A DNA stretch of 34,009 nucleotides from Candidatus Thorarchaeota archaeon. Lineage in GTDB: Archaea; Asgardarchaeota; Thorarchaeia; Thorarchaeales; Thorarchaeaceae. A program made the translations under genes and the position numbers. Positions 17,043 through 26,266 of this stretch are shown here, piece after piece (position 1 is the stretch's first letter; the number at the start of each line of letters is the position of its first letter). The notes under the pieces were generated by a model, which saw only the letters and a program-made list of their open reading frames with translations, made no database searches and was not told the DNA's origin. The stretch covers positions 1 through 34,009 of the forward strand of contig JAEOTX010000149.1 of the NCBI GenBank assembly GCA_016839605.1. The letters run 5' to 3'.

Positions 17043-18685
17043 TATAATGCACCTCCTGAAGTATCGCCTGAAAGTTTCCCAATTGCCAGAAATGCGATAA
17101 AGCATATCGCTACGAGAACAAAGGCGGCTGCTCCAGCCTCCACCATTCTGCGAACGCCTAGATACTGGTAGATCACGACAGCCAATGTTGTGTTCTGCTC
17201 GAGTGCAATGAACAATGTTGCTGACATCTCACCAATGGCCATAGCAAATGCGAACACCCCTCCTGCAAGGATTCCCGGTGCTAGCAGAGGAAGCTCAACA
17301 TGGAACAATCTCTGCAGGCGCGACGCTCCCAACGATTCTGCTTGCTCAAGGACTTCGCTGTCAATGTTCCTAAGAGATATCTCGATAGCTCTAGCGCTGA
17401 AAGGCAGCCCAATGAGCGTTTGCGCAATCACAATCAGAACCCAAGGATTGGTAGTCAGCCCTAACGGGACCGCAATGATACGCATTAGACCATATGCCAC
17501 TGTGATTGCAGACACACCTAGGGGCAGAAGCGTCATCGCAGATGCCAGGGTTGGCAAGCCCCTCTGCCGAGTTCTGTGTAGGTAGGCTAAAGGAATGCCA
17601 AACACAACAGCTAGGATGGTAGCTAGGACTGCATACAACAGGGAATTAGCCAGAGGCAGAAGACCTCCTCCCGCCCCAGGATCGAGCAGATTAGCAAATC
17701 CCTGGAGTGTGTATTGATCGCTAAACGGGTTGTAAACGGCTGCTTGTGCAATAGCGATTATTGGTCCAGCGACTAGAACTGCAATGAGCACAAGGTAACC
17801 GGCCGCACAAGCTCTCCATTTCAAGCTAATCTCGTCAAAGGACATTGTTTTGATTGTCCCAGTTCTTCCACCATTGTCCTGGATTCTTCCAAGTCTAATA
17901 TAGGAATAGGCGAGGGCCATGGTGATGAGAATTTGAATCATTGCTAGAGAACTTGCCTCACCAAAATCGAAGGTTCTGAAGGCATACCAGATTCGCACCT
18001 CTAGGGTCATGTACCTACCCTCTCCAAGTGCTAGAACTATTGGAAATGACATGAAACAGAAGAGAAATGTTAGAACTGAAGCAGCTAAGAGAGACGCACG
18101 AATGTGAGGTAGGATGACATGCCTGAATTTCTGAAAGGTGGTCGCTCCAAGAATCTCTGCAGTTTCTTCAATCTCAGGATTCAATCTCTCCAGTGCTGAC
18201 GAAACCATGACGATGACTAATGGTATATTATAGAACGTGTGGGCCAGGATTATTCCAACAAATCCATTTGCTAAGTTCAAGATACTATCAGATGTTCCGG
18301 CTATGGTCATAAAGAAGGAGTCCAAGATTCCAAATTCTCCGAAAACACGCAGGAAGCCTACTACCACAACAATAGGCGGCAATACGAAGGGTACGATGAG
18401 CGATGCTCTTAGCAGGGACTTCCCTCTCATTCTCAATCTAGCTAGAAGAAATGCACCTGGCAGACCAATAATCACGACTAGTATCGTGCTGATTAGGGCT
18501 TGAAATACTGTAAAATTGAGAACCGACTGTGTCACCATTGAAGAAATGACATCAATGAATGATGTGCCTGGTCCGTAAACAAGGCCTTCGACCAGAACTG
18601 TGACAACAGGGAAAACTAGGAAAGCTCCAAGAAGCACCAGCGGAGAAGCGATAGCAGCCCATCTTAGTGAGGATCTCCACTCCAT
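17042..18685 (-). CDS. thiP: Thiamine ABC transporter permease (duplicated ThiP/FbpB-type)
   Basis: Two EAA loops (EETAEILGA, EQAESLGA), PFVLPPIVV, LAHTFYNIP, FLFCFMSF...LALG. Lies between thiB and the ATPase. Confidence 0.87.
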   Translation of the reverse strand: MEWRSSLRWAAIASPLVLLGAFLVFPVVTVLVEGLVYGPGTSFIDVISSMVTQSVLNFTVFQALISTILVVIIGLPGAFLLARLRMRGKSLLRASLIVPFVLPPIVVVVGFLRVFGEFGILDSFFMTIAGTSDSILNLANGFVGIILAHTFYNIPLVIVMVSSALERLNPEIEETAEILGATTFQKFRHVILPHIRASLLAASVLTFLFCFMSFPIVLALGEGRYMTLEVRIWYAFRTFDFGEASSLAMIQILITMALAYSYIRLGRIQDNGGRTGTIKTMSFDEISLKWRACAAGYLVLIAVLVAGPIIAIAQAAVYNPFSDQYTLQGFANLLDPGAGGGLLPLANSLLYAVLATILAVVFGIPLAYLHRTRQRGLPTLASAMTLLPLGVSAITVAYGLMRIIAVPLGLTTNPWVLIVIAQTLIGLPFSARAIEISLRNIDSEVLEQAESLGASRLQRLFHVELPLLAPGILAGGVFAFAMAIGEMSATLFIALEQNTTLAVVIYQYLGVRRMVEAGAAAFVLVAICFIAFLAIGKLSGDTSGGAL

Positions 18686-18700
18686 GATCTCGCCCTCGAG

Positions 18701-19825
18701 CTAGGTTATTCTAATTTCAACATATGTGTTAAGCCAGACAGTGAGATTGGCTGCAATCTCCGTTCTTGGAAGGAGCTCATTTAGCAAAGATACCTCGCTG
18801 GGATGTAGTGCATATTCAAAGGCTGGGTCCAAATCAACACCATTTCTGACAGGGAACATCCATTGGTTTGTAGCTATGAGGGATTGAAAAGTTTCATTCA
18901 GACAATAGTCAATGAACAATTTTGCCAGATCAGGATTTGGACCGTTCTTGACTAATCCCAAACCTTCGACCTGCATCCACGCATAGTAGTCACCATCATG
19001 GTAGATCGGAGCAATTCCTGTTTCTGGTTCTCCTCCATAGAAATACACTGAATATGCACCATCAGTTCCATAGCTATTCATAATGTGCTTGCTTGGAGAA
19101 TCGTACCAGACACTCCATGCTTCAGACCATCCTGGCTGCACGTCTATATACTCATTGACATCAATCCACCATTCTGTCCAGTTCAAATGCAGAAGCTTCT
19201 CGTGAAACGCAATTTCTGTTAAAAGGAACGCAAGACCCGGACTACTGAATTGAGGATCTTGAGTGACTAAGCCGCTTGCCAAGTCTTGGACCGCCAAATC
19301 CGCGAATGTCAGGTTATTCAACTGCGGGAACAGATCAAGGCTGCTGTTCTTGTATATCAGGGTTACAAGACCAAAATCAAATGGGATAATATAGTAATCA
19401 GGATCTAGGGCATCAATGAATGTGGAGTTCACTACATCAATGTTCGACGGTTCGTACGGGGTAAGGAGATCAGTTACCCCCGATTGAAGAATTAGGATGT
19501 TATCAATCCCGATAACCACATCTGCAACAGGATTGCTTTGCTCTGTGCCCAATCGTGAGATGATGCCATTGGCATCTGTCTGAAGTCTCTCGATTGTCAC
19601 ATTGCAATTGAATCGCTCCTCAAACGGACCGAAGGCTCTCTCGAATATTGTGTCTTTATCATCACCCCACTGCATGAAGCTATCATAGGTATAGACAATC
19701 AGAGTGGGTTTCTCACTCGGGGGCCGAAATGAGATTATAGCTATAGAGGCGACTGCAATAACAGCTACAATGACCACTGCGGCGACCACAAATCTAGGGT
19801 CTCTTCTCACTGGATACTCAGACAT
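18701..19825 (-). CDS. thiB: Thiamine ABC transporter substrate-binding protein
   Basis: ThiB/TbpA motifs LIVYTYDSF, ADVVIGIDN, PFDFG, SSPGLAFLL, GWSEAW, SYGTD, QVEG, NQWMFP, with an N-terminal TM anchor. ATG 19825 fits the TATA spacing; 19840 is an alternative. Confidence 0.9.
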   Translation of the reverse strand: MSEYPVRRDPRFVVAAVVIVAVIAVASIAIISFRPPSEKPTLIVYTYDSFMQWGDDKDTIFERAFGPFEERFNCNVTIERLQTDANGIISRLGTEQSNPVADVVIGIDNILILQSGVTDLLTPYEPSNIDVVNSTFIDALDPDYYIIPFDFGLVTLIYKNSSLDLFPQLNNLTFADLAVQDLASGLVTQDPQFSSPGLAFLLTEIAFHEKLLHLNWTEWWIDVNEYIDVQPGWSEAWSVWYDSPSKHIMNSYGTDGAYSVYFYGGEPETGIAPIYHDGDYYAWMQVEGLGLVKNGPNPDLAKLFIDYCLNETFQSLIATNQWMFPVRNGVDLDPAFEYALHPSEVSLLNELLPRTEIAANLTVWLNTYVEIRIT

Positions 19826-19857
19826 CACAGACACAACCATACTATTCTTATATCTGT

Positions 19858-19880
19858 GTTATACAACATAGTTATAGAAC
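19858..19880. promoter_or_regulatory. Candidate ThiR operator (imperfect palindrome)
   Basis: GTTATACAAC-ATA-GTTATAGAAC, 8/10 inverted arms, between divergent thiB and thiR and adjacent to a minus-strand ATATAAG at 19847-19853. Confidence 0.65.
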
Positions 19881-19913
19881 GGACTGAGATAAATAGTTTG
19901 CTTTGGAGTGAAT

Positions 19914-20843
19914 ATGATGCGACCCCCATGTGAACTCGTACAGAAAGAGTATCTACCAAGTCTTAGAGCTAATCTCGCGATGAGGCTTCATGAATCAGGT
20001 CAGTCTCAGAGTGAAATTGCACGGAGAATGAGTATCACCCAGGCAGCTGTGAGCAAATATCTCAGTCAGGGGAGCAAAAAACGCTCACTCCAGAAGCATG
20101 TAGACATTCTCACAGAGAATCTCATGAATATGATACTGTCTGATGCTCCTCAGCAAGACAAGATGGTGAAGGAGATGTGCAAGACATGCATGTACCTTCG
20201 AATTGGATCTTCAATCTGCAAAATGCACAGAGAATCCGTGCCAGCTTTAGGTGAGGTGAAATGTCAGATTTGTACAGACCTTCTTGCAGGTGAGGAAAAG
20301 GAGTTCACAAGTCGAGGAGTGACGCTGAGAGATCTTCAAGAAGCCTTAGTACAAATCTCGAATGCTCCTCAGTTCTCGCTTCTAATTCCTCAAGTAAGAG
20401 CAAATCTTGTAGCATGCGGGTCGGACGCCAGTACATACATGGACGTAGCTGGGGTTCCTGGACGAATCACGCTGGTTAATGGACGTGCTGTAGCTCTGAC
20501 TACTCCTCAGTTTGGTGCCTCACAGCACACTGCCAATCTTCTTCTTTGGGCACGATCGAATTGGCCATCACTTCAAGCTTGCCTGGGTATCAGGGGAACC
20601 AAGGAGATTGTCACCGCTGCAGAACAAAATGGCTTCAAGATGATTGGTCTATCAACACCCGCTACTGACCATGTATCAATCTCTGAAGCTGCTCAGAAAT
20701 TTACAGGGCGCGCGAAGAAGACGCTACAAAATGTCGCGATACATGTCCCCGGTGGAATTGGCGTAGAACCCATTCTCTACCTCTTTGGTCCAAGTGCAGT
20801 AGGCTTAGCCAATGTATCAATATCTTTGAGCAAGAAGTTGTAG
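19914..20843 (+). CDS. thiR: ThiR transcriptional regulator (HTH plus ThiN-like thiamine-phosphate-binding domain)
   Basis: N-terminal PCE...LPSLR...SQSEIARRMSITQAAVSKYL HTH, a Cys-rich segment, and a ThiN-like domain (LIPQVRAN, GVPGRI, FGASQH, GGIGVEP). Divergent from thiBPQ. Confidence 0.85.
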   Translation: MMRPPCELVQKEYLPSLRANLAMRLHESGQSQSEIARRMSITQAAVSKYLSQGSKKRSLQKHVDILTENLMNMILSDAPQQDKMVKEMCKTCMYLRIGSSICKMHRESVPALGEVKCQICTDLLAGEEKEFTSRGVTLRDLQEALVQISNAPQFSLLIPQVRANLVACGSDASTYMDVAGVPGRITLVNGRAVALTTPQFGASQHTANLLLWARSNWPSLQACLGIRGTKEIVTAAEQNGFKMIGLSTPATDHVSISEAAQKFTGRAKKTLQNVAIHVPGGIGVEPILYLFGPSAVGLANVSISLSKKL

Positions 20844-20915
20844 GGTCCTGTCATACACATCCTTATTTCTTCTAGAAGGGAGCATCAGTTGATACTACAT
20901 ACTAGGCGGTCTGCG

Positions 20916-21764
20916 ATGGTCAAAATAAGAAATGGCATAATGAAGGATTGCAAGGACCTTCTAGAGGTGTATATGGGCACCCGTTGGTCTGAGGGATTCA
21001 CCACTGTTGAGCAAGTCAAAATGGAGCATAAAGGCGTGGCGTTTGAGAAATGGGGTTGGCTTGTAGCAGAGATTCGAGGAAGAGTAGTGGGTGAAATCCT
21101 GTGCCGTATTGAGAAGAACCCAGTTGCTGGAAGAATTGGTATCATTAGAAGCCTCGGAATCGATGTTCGGCATCAGAAGAAGGCCATAGGAACGAAACTG
21201 ACCAAGGCTGCGGAGAAAGTGCTGCGAGCCAAAAAAGCTGGACGGTTTGTCGGAACCACCACTCCAGAGGCGTACAATTACTGGATGAAGGTCGACTATC
21301 ATAAACGCTATTGGGTGCTGAAGATCGAGTCACCCCTCTCAAAAATACCTTCCAAGAGTTCTAAGAAGTTGAAACGTAATATCATCTCAGAACCAAAGAC
21401 ACTCCTAAAGACAATGCGCTTCTCAAACATAGCTTATCCTGGAGAACTCGCAGAAGTCGCCAGAGAAATCATCACATATGGAAAGTCCGGTTTGATAATG
21501 GAGTTCTACTCAGATGATGTTCTCATGGGTGTGGGTGCTGTTGTCAAACAAGATGACAACACGGCGAAGTTCATAGCAGATGTCACACCAAAGGGTGCTG
21601 ATTTTTCGAATCTTGTTGTACTTCAGACTGCGAAAGCTGCCTCCAAGCTGAAGCCAAAGAAGGTCTGGACTCTCATTCCTGAGGATAAACTCCCTTGGTA
21701 CAAGGGATTAGTCAAGTGGAAGTCCGAGATATATCGGAACTTCCCTGTGACCAAGTTAGCCTAG
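20916..21764 (+). CDS. GNAT-family N-acetyltransferase with C-terminal extension
   Basis: LVAE...VVG and motif A LGIDVRHQKKAIGTKL, AYNYW. Lys-rich C-terminal half. ATG 20916 preferred over TTG 20889. Confidence 0.75.
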   Translation: MVKIRNGIMKDCKDLLEVYMGTRWSEGFTTVEQVKMEHKGVAFEKWGWLVAEIRGRVVGEILCRIEKNPVAGRIGIIRSLGIDVRHQKKAIGTKLTKAAEKVLRAKKAGRFVGTTTPEAYNYWMKVDYHKRYWVLKIESPLSKIPSKSSKKLKRNIISEPKTLLKTMRFSNIAYPGELAEVAREIITYGKSGLIMEFYSDDVLMGVGAVVKQDDNTAKFIADVTPKGADFSNLVVLQTAKAASKLKPKKVWTLIPEDKLPWYKGLVKWKSEIYRNFPVTKLA

Positions 21765-23950
21765 TTCCCTTCCTGTTCTGACTCCATTGCAAGTGGGACT
21801 GCAATGTTAGTGAAGATTAGTGCAGCTCCTATTGCCCATATACTTGCCATATTGATATGCCATATTGCGAATGGAATAGAGTTCACACCCAATGCAAAGA
21901 AGACACCTGCAACAATTGCAACGAATAGCAGATCTGCTATGAGAACTGCTGCTATGGAGCTTCCTGTTCTCCATCGCCTGATCGGCAGACCAAACGCAAT
22001 AACAAGAATGACAACCAAGCTCACAATCTCTTCCAGTTTGAAGTTTGCGAATCCAAATAGTTCTTCGGCATCTCCTTCGAGTCCTTCATCTGTCACAATG
22101 AGGACTTTCACAACATGTTCCCATTTGCTGTATTGGTTCGTATCGATTTCGAAGGTTATCTCTCCGACATCGACTATGAGACCTTCAAGAGTCGTCACAA
22201 CTTCATCATCGACAAATACTGTCAGATTCACAGTGTCCCATGTGCTGTCGATTTCAACGGTGAATGTAGTAACTCCAACCACAACATCCTCTTGTGGGGA
22301 CACGAAGCTAACCAAAGGTATGCCGTGATTGTCAACTTCAAGGGTTATTTTATAGATATAGACGAAGCCTCCAGTAGCATATGCTCTGAATGTGAAGTTG
22401 TGCTCTCCTTCTGAGTACGATGTTGTGTTGATATTGAACGAAGCTATGCCGGTTTGCAGTGTGATGTTAACAACATCAGAAACGAGTGCACCATCAATGT
22501 ACGCTGAGAGTGTTACATTAGCATAGGGAGATTCAATTCGGAGGGTGATGGTTGCATCTCCTGATACGCTATCGTAGGCTGTTAGGTCTCTGATTTCGAA
22601 TCTCACATGGTCAAGGAAATTGAAGTTTCTTGATGTTGAACTCTGAATTCCTTCTTCAGTTTCTACAATAGCCACAATCGTTTGATCACCATTTTCGTAG
22701 CGGCTACCATTTATCGCGTAGATTCCAACTCCGCTGGCAACTAGAGTCTGATTATACTCTGTTGTTATCTCATCGTCGACTGTGATAGTCAAGTTAACGA
22801 AATCGTAATCCGAAGTTATATTCAGCGTAAACTCATCCAATCCAATGAAGTCTACACCAGCATCTGGTGTCAGAAATACAATAGAAGGTGCCCCATGATT
22901 GTTGACAGAGAAGATATACATGTAGGTGACATTGGCGTTCTCTCCAGTCATGTTGTACTCAAACAACAGAGTGAAATTCAGAGCCCCCTCTGCGAGTATA
23001 GTTGTGTTTAGTTCCAAGTCATGTGCGCCATTGCTGATGAATGTTAAATTGAACTGGGGATATTCTATCTCGCCTTCCACAAACAAGGTGAGGTTTGCTC
23101 CGCCATAATCTGAACCAAGGTGCACAGTGAGATTGAATTCGCCAGACACTTGACTCTGGTTAGTTGGTGAAAGAAGATAGAGTGTGATTGGCTGCCCATC
23201 GTTGTCAACAACAAATGCGAGGTAGTGGGAATGAGTCTCCTGAATATCAGATACATTGTAGTCGAAGATGAGAGTGAAGTTAAGTAGGCCTTCTCTGATT
23301 GTGGTTGTGTCAACCTGAACCACTTGAGGCTCGCCAACTATTGTTGTACCATCATATGCAGGATAGATTGTACCATCGATGTAGAGTGTGAAATTAATGA
23401 AAGCAAAGTCCGTTGTGATATTGAGTAGAAGACTTGCTGTACCTGTGAGTGTGCTTTCATTTGCTGGACTTTGAAGGCTTACCTCGAAGTTCTGGAGATC
23501 ATTGTCAACAAAGTACTCCAAGTAGAATGATTCCTTCTCATCCCATGTTTCATTCTTGTATTCAAGGAGAATAGTGAAGTTGAGATTGCCTTCAGCGAGA
23601 GTCAATGTATCAACTGACAGCATTTGATTACCTGTACCAATTGGGGTCTTGTTGTATGCCGAGTAGATTGCGTCCTCAATCAATAGGGTGACATTGAGTG
23701 TCCCAAAATCGGATGTTATGTCTATAGTGATGTCCAAATCGCCCGAAGCACCACTCCTGTTTGTAGGACTGACTAGACTAACTGATATGTTCTGAGAGTC
23801 AAAGCCAGCAGTGACCGAATAATGTGAATCATCCAGGCGGGCTACCATGGAAGTGTCATTTGTGGTCATAACAAGTGGTTGAACATAGATTGCTCCGGCT
23901 AATATTACGGCAAGGAGCATTATTGATAGGAGTCTACTCGTTGACTTCAT
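21761..23950 (-). CDS. Cell-surface glycoprotein with six tandem Ig-like repeats and C-terminal multi-TM anchor
   Basis: Signal-like N-terminus MKSTSRLLSIMLLAVILAG. Six ~95-aa repeats (SP.N...SG...N.TL.ID......DTT...EG..NFT...VDN), many N-x-S/T sequons, about three C-terminal TM helices. The track start is 23971. Confidence 0.8.
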   Translation of the reverse strand: MKSTSRLLSIMLLAVILAGAIYVQPLVMTTNDTSMVARLDDSHYSVTAGFDSQNISVSLVSPTNRSGASGDLDITIDITSDFGTLNVTLLIEDAIYSAYNKTPIGTGNQMLSVDTLTLAEGNLNFTILLEYKNETWDEKESFYLEYFVDNDLQNFEVSLQSPANESTLTGTASLLLNITTDFAFINFTLYIDGTIYPAYDGTTIVGEPQVVQVDTTTIREGLLNFTLIFDYNVSDIQETHSHYLAFVVDNDGQPITLYLLSPTNQSQVSGEFNLTVHLGSDYGGANLTLFVEGEIEYPQFNLTFISNGAHDLELNTTILAEGALNFTLLFEYNMTGENANVTYMYIFSVNNHGAPSIVFLTPDAGVDFIGLDEFTLNITSDYDFVNLTITVDDEITTEYNQTLVASGVGIYAINGSRYENGDQTIVAIVETEEGIQSSTSRNFNFLDHVRFEIRDLTAYDSVSGDATITLRIESPYANVTLSAYIDGALVSDVVNITLQTGIASFNINTTSYSEGEHNFTFRAYATGGFVYIYKITLEVDNHGIPLVSFVSPQEDVVVGVTTFTVEIDSTWDTVNLTVFVDDEVVTTLEGLIVDVGEITFEIDTNQYSKWEHVVKVLIVTDEGLEGDAEELFGFANFKLEEIVSLVVILVIAFGLPIRRWRTGSSIAAVLIADLLFVAIVAGVFFALGVNSIPFAIWHINMASIWAIGAALIFTNIAVPLAMESEQEGN

Positions 23951-24139
23951 AGTCAAGCCTTCCTGATGCATAGTGACCAGTGGTCAGGCTGGGGCGACAG
24001 GATTGAGCCCGTTTTTAAAGCTAGCGCCGGTTTGATATTCGTACGCTAGCTGAATCTGAACCGGATTCAATTCGCTTATATTGAATGAAAGTGCGAGAGA
24101 GCCATAAGAAGACTCGGTCAAATGTATGGAGCACACGCT

Positions 24140-25069
24140 TTGACAATTGGACTTGTAACCAACATTCAGAGATGTTCGACAGAAGATGGACCCGGAATCC
24201 GAACCACTGTCTTCCTTAAAGGATGTCCCATGAGTTGTATCTGGTGCCATAATATAGAAGCAATAGAGTCTCAACCACGGACAGTCTGGTATTCAGCGAA
24301 GTGTATTGGTGATCAAGCCTGCATCGAAGCATGTCCTGAAGGCGCCTTAAAGCTTCTTGATAATGGCATGAAGATTGACTTAGAGAAATGCAAGATTTGT
24401 GGAATTTGTGAAGAGGTGTGTCCTACTGGTGCAATCAAGGTCATGGGGAAAGAATGGGAATCAGAAGCATTGGTGGAGGAGTTGCTCCGCGACAAGGTTT
24501 TCTTTGCCACATCAGGAGGAGGAGTCACACTCTCTGGAGGAGAGGCAACTTTTCAAGCTGATTTTATGGTAGAGCTAGCTGAAGGCTTGCGAGAGAAAGG
24601 AGTTCATGTGGCTCTGGATACTTGCGGCCATTGTAGTGAATCTGTGATCAAGCAAGCTTTGTCTGCAGTTAATATGGTTCTTTACGATCTAAAAGTGATG
24701 GATCCTAAGAAACACTTGGAGTATACAGGAGTACCCTTGACACAAGTCCTCTCAAACGCAAAAGTAGTGGCTGAAAGCGGATTGCCAGTTTGGATTCGGA
24801 CACCTGTAATCCCTGAGTACACTGACAGTGAAGAAAACATCCGGGCTATCGCACGGTTCATCGTTGATACTTTCCCACAAGCTGAACGATTTAATCTTCT
24901 GGCTTTCAATAAGATGTGCATTGACAAGTATACTCTTTTCGGACTCGAATATCCATTAAGGAAAGTGGATCTTGTTTCAAAACATAAAATGGATCGATTG
25001 GCGGATATTGCTAGAGAAGAGGGTGTGACCAATGTCGTATGGTCAGGAATGACAAAGAATAATGATTGA
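24140..25069 (+). CDS. Glycyl-radical enzyme activating protein (radical SAM with ferredoxin-like insert)
   Basis: IQR..TEDGPGIRTTVFLKGCPMSCIWCHN, ferredoxin-like insert, GGVTLSGGE, DTCG, YDLK, IRTPVIP. TTG 24140 follows GGAG; ATG 24122 is an alternative. Confidence 0.9.
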   Translation: MTIGLVTNIQRCSTEDGPGIRTTVFLKGCPMSCIWCHNIEAIESQPRTVWYSAKCIGDQACIEACPEGALKLLDNGMKIDLEKCKICGICEEVCPTGAIKVMGKEWESEALVEELLRDKVFFATSGGGVTLSGGEATFQADFMVELAEGLREKGVHVALDTCGHCSESVIKQALSAVNMVLYDLKVMDPKKHLEYTGVPLTQVLSNAKVVAESGLPVWIRTPVIPEYTDSEENIRAIARFIVDTFPQAERFNLLAFNKMCIDKYTLFGLEYPLRKVDLVSKHKMDRLADIAREEGVTNVVWSGMTKNND

Positions 25070-25135
25070 ATTATCTCAAGGACCACACCAAAACCCTTTT
25101 TGTCAACATAATTCAGCAAATCGTTCGAGCCATCA

Positions 25136-25666
25136 ATGAGAACCTGGGAATATTCCACAAAAGACGGCGCTATTATATCAGTGCGCCATGCAGTTCCCGC
25201 TGACGCTCGGCAGCTCCATGGTGGTTTCAACGAGGTCATTCAAGAGGGGATATGGCTCCCTACATTCAATGCAAATAGTAACATTGCAGACTGGGTGAAC
25301 TGGATTCAGCGGACTAATCAATGTCGTGACGTGATGCTAGTAGCTGAGATTGATGAAAAGTACACAGGACATCTCACCCTCCAGACTGAGGAATGGATGG
25401 CTTCAAGGCACGTCGCAAAGCTTGGCATTATTGTCGCAAAACAGCATAGAGGAAGGGGGATAGGGCGAGCTTTGATGCGCGCTGCCGAAGAGGCTGGGTT
25501 GGCTTCAGGTTTTCAGAAGATTGTGCTTAGCACATTTGAAGACAATGCAATAGCACAATCGCTATACTTGGCGATGGAATACCGCGAGGTGGGCATCAGA
25601 AAGCGTCACTTCAAGATGCCGAAGGGCTTTATAGACGAAGTACTATTTGAAAAGGAACTTGATTAG
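25136..25666 (+). CDS. GNAT-family N-acetyltransferase
   Basis: Motif A IVAKQHRGRGIGRALM, motif B N..AQSLY...YREVG. Confidence 0.87.
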   Translation: MRTWEYSTKDGAIISVRHAVPADARQLHGGFNEVIQEGIWLPTFNANSNIADWVNWIQRTNQCRDVMLVAEIDEKYTGHLTLQTEEWMASRHVAKLGIIVAKQHRGRGIGRALMRAAEEAGLASGFQKIVLSTFEDNAIAQSLYLAMEYREVGIRKRHFKMPKGFIDEVLFEKELD

Positions 25667-25694
25667 AAATCCAACATGTACGGCGGTCACTTGA

Positions 25695-26204
25695 ATGTGG
25701 CGTGAAATTGTAGAGTACTTCCATGAATCCCCTCAAAGGTTGAAGGTGGCCCAGGCCATTGTCCGTCATGGCTTCAATATTGAAAAACCAGGAGTGATTC
25801 GTTGTGGACCTATTCGCGTACCATTGAAAGCCATTGGCGATGCGCTTGGTATCGATAGGCGAACGGTCCGAGCAACCACTGAAGACATCTGTCAAAATGA
25901 TCAGCTCTGTGAATTTTTCAAACGTCTGCAACCGGCGGGGCCCTCTCTTGAGAAAGTTCGTGAGGTCCTAGGCTATGGCGTGTTGACAATCTTTGTCGAG
26001 TCTCCCGAGAATGCCGGCATTCTATCAGAAGTGACATCTACTATTGCAGGCTATGGAATTTCAATCCGACAGGTTCTAGCAGAGGACATCGACATATACG
26101 AAGAGCCTTGCTTGAAGGTCATCACCCATGAACCTCTCCCGGGGAGAGTTATCGAAACACTCACCGCGATCAAAGGTGTGAGTCGAGTCATCATTGAGAA
26201 ATAA
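25695..26204 (+). CDS. Archaeal ACT-domain regulator of amino acid metabolism (COG2150-like)
   Basis: MW..I..YF...P.R..VA, HTH-like GIDRRTV, ACT domain GILSEV...I...GISIRQ...ED. Confidence 0.8.
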   Translation: MWREIVEYFHESPQRLKVAQAIVRHGFNIEKPGVIRCGPIRVPLKAIGDALGIDRRTVRATTEDICQNDQLCEFFKRLQPAGPSLEKVREVLGYGVLTIFVESPENAGILSEVTSTIAGYGISIRQVLAEDIDIYEEPCLKVITHEPLPGRVIETLTAIKGVSRVIIEK

Positions 26205-26266
26205 TCAAGTGCCTCTTAGCAACACTGAAAAGGCTGCACAATTGCCCCGCTCTGAGCGCTTCTGTA

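Noticed and set aside
17043-17105. N-terminal extension of the thiQ ORF in the track
   Set aside because: It overlaps thiP; an SD plus a stop-coupled GTG at 17042 is a better start.
19826-19913. TPP riboswitch upstream of thiB
   Set aside because: The region is short and AT-rich. A CTGAGA hexamer occurs only on the strand opposite thiB and lacks the surrounding aptamer stems. ThiR explains the regulation.
23984-24274. 96-aa minus-strand ORF
   Set aside because: It overlaps the activase start and promoter region and has no protein-like features.
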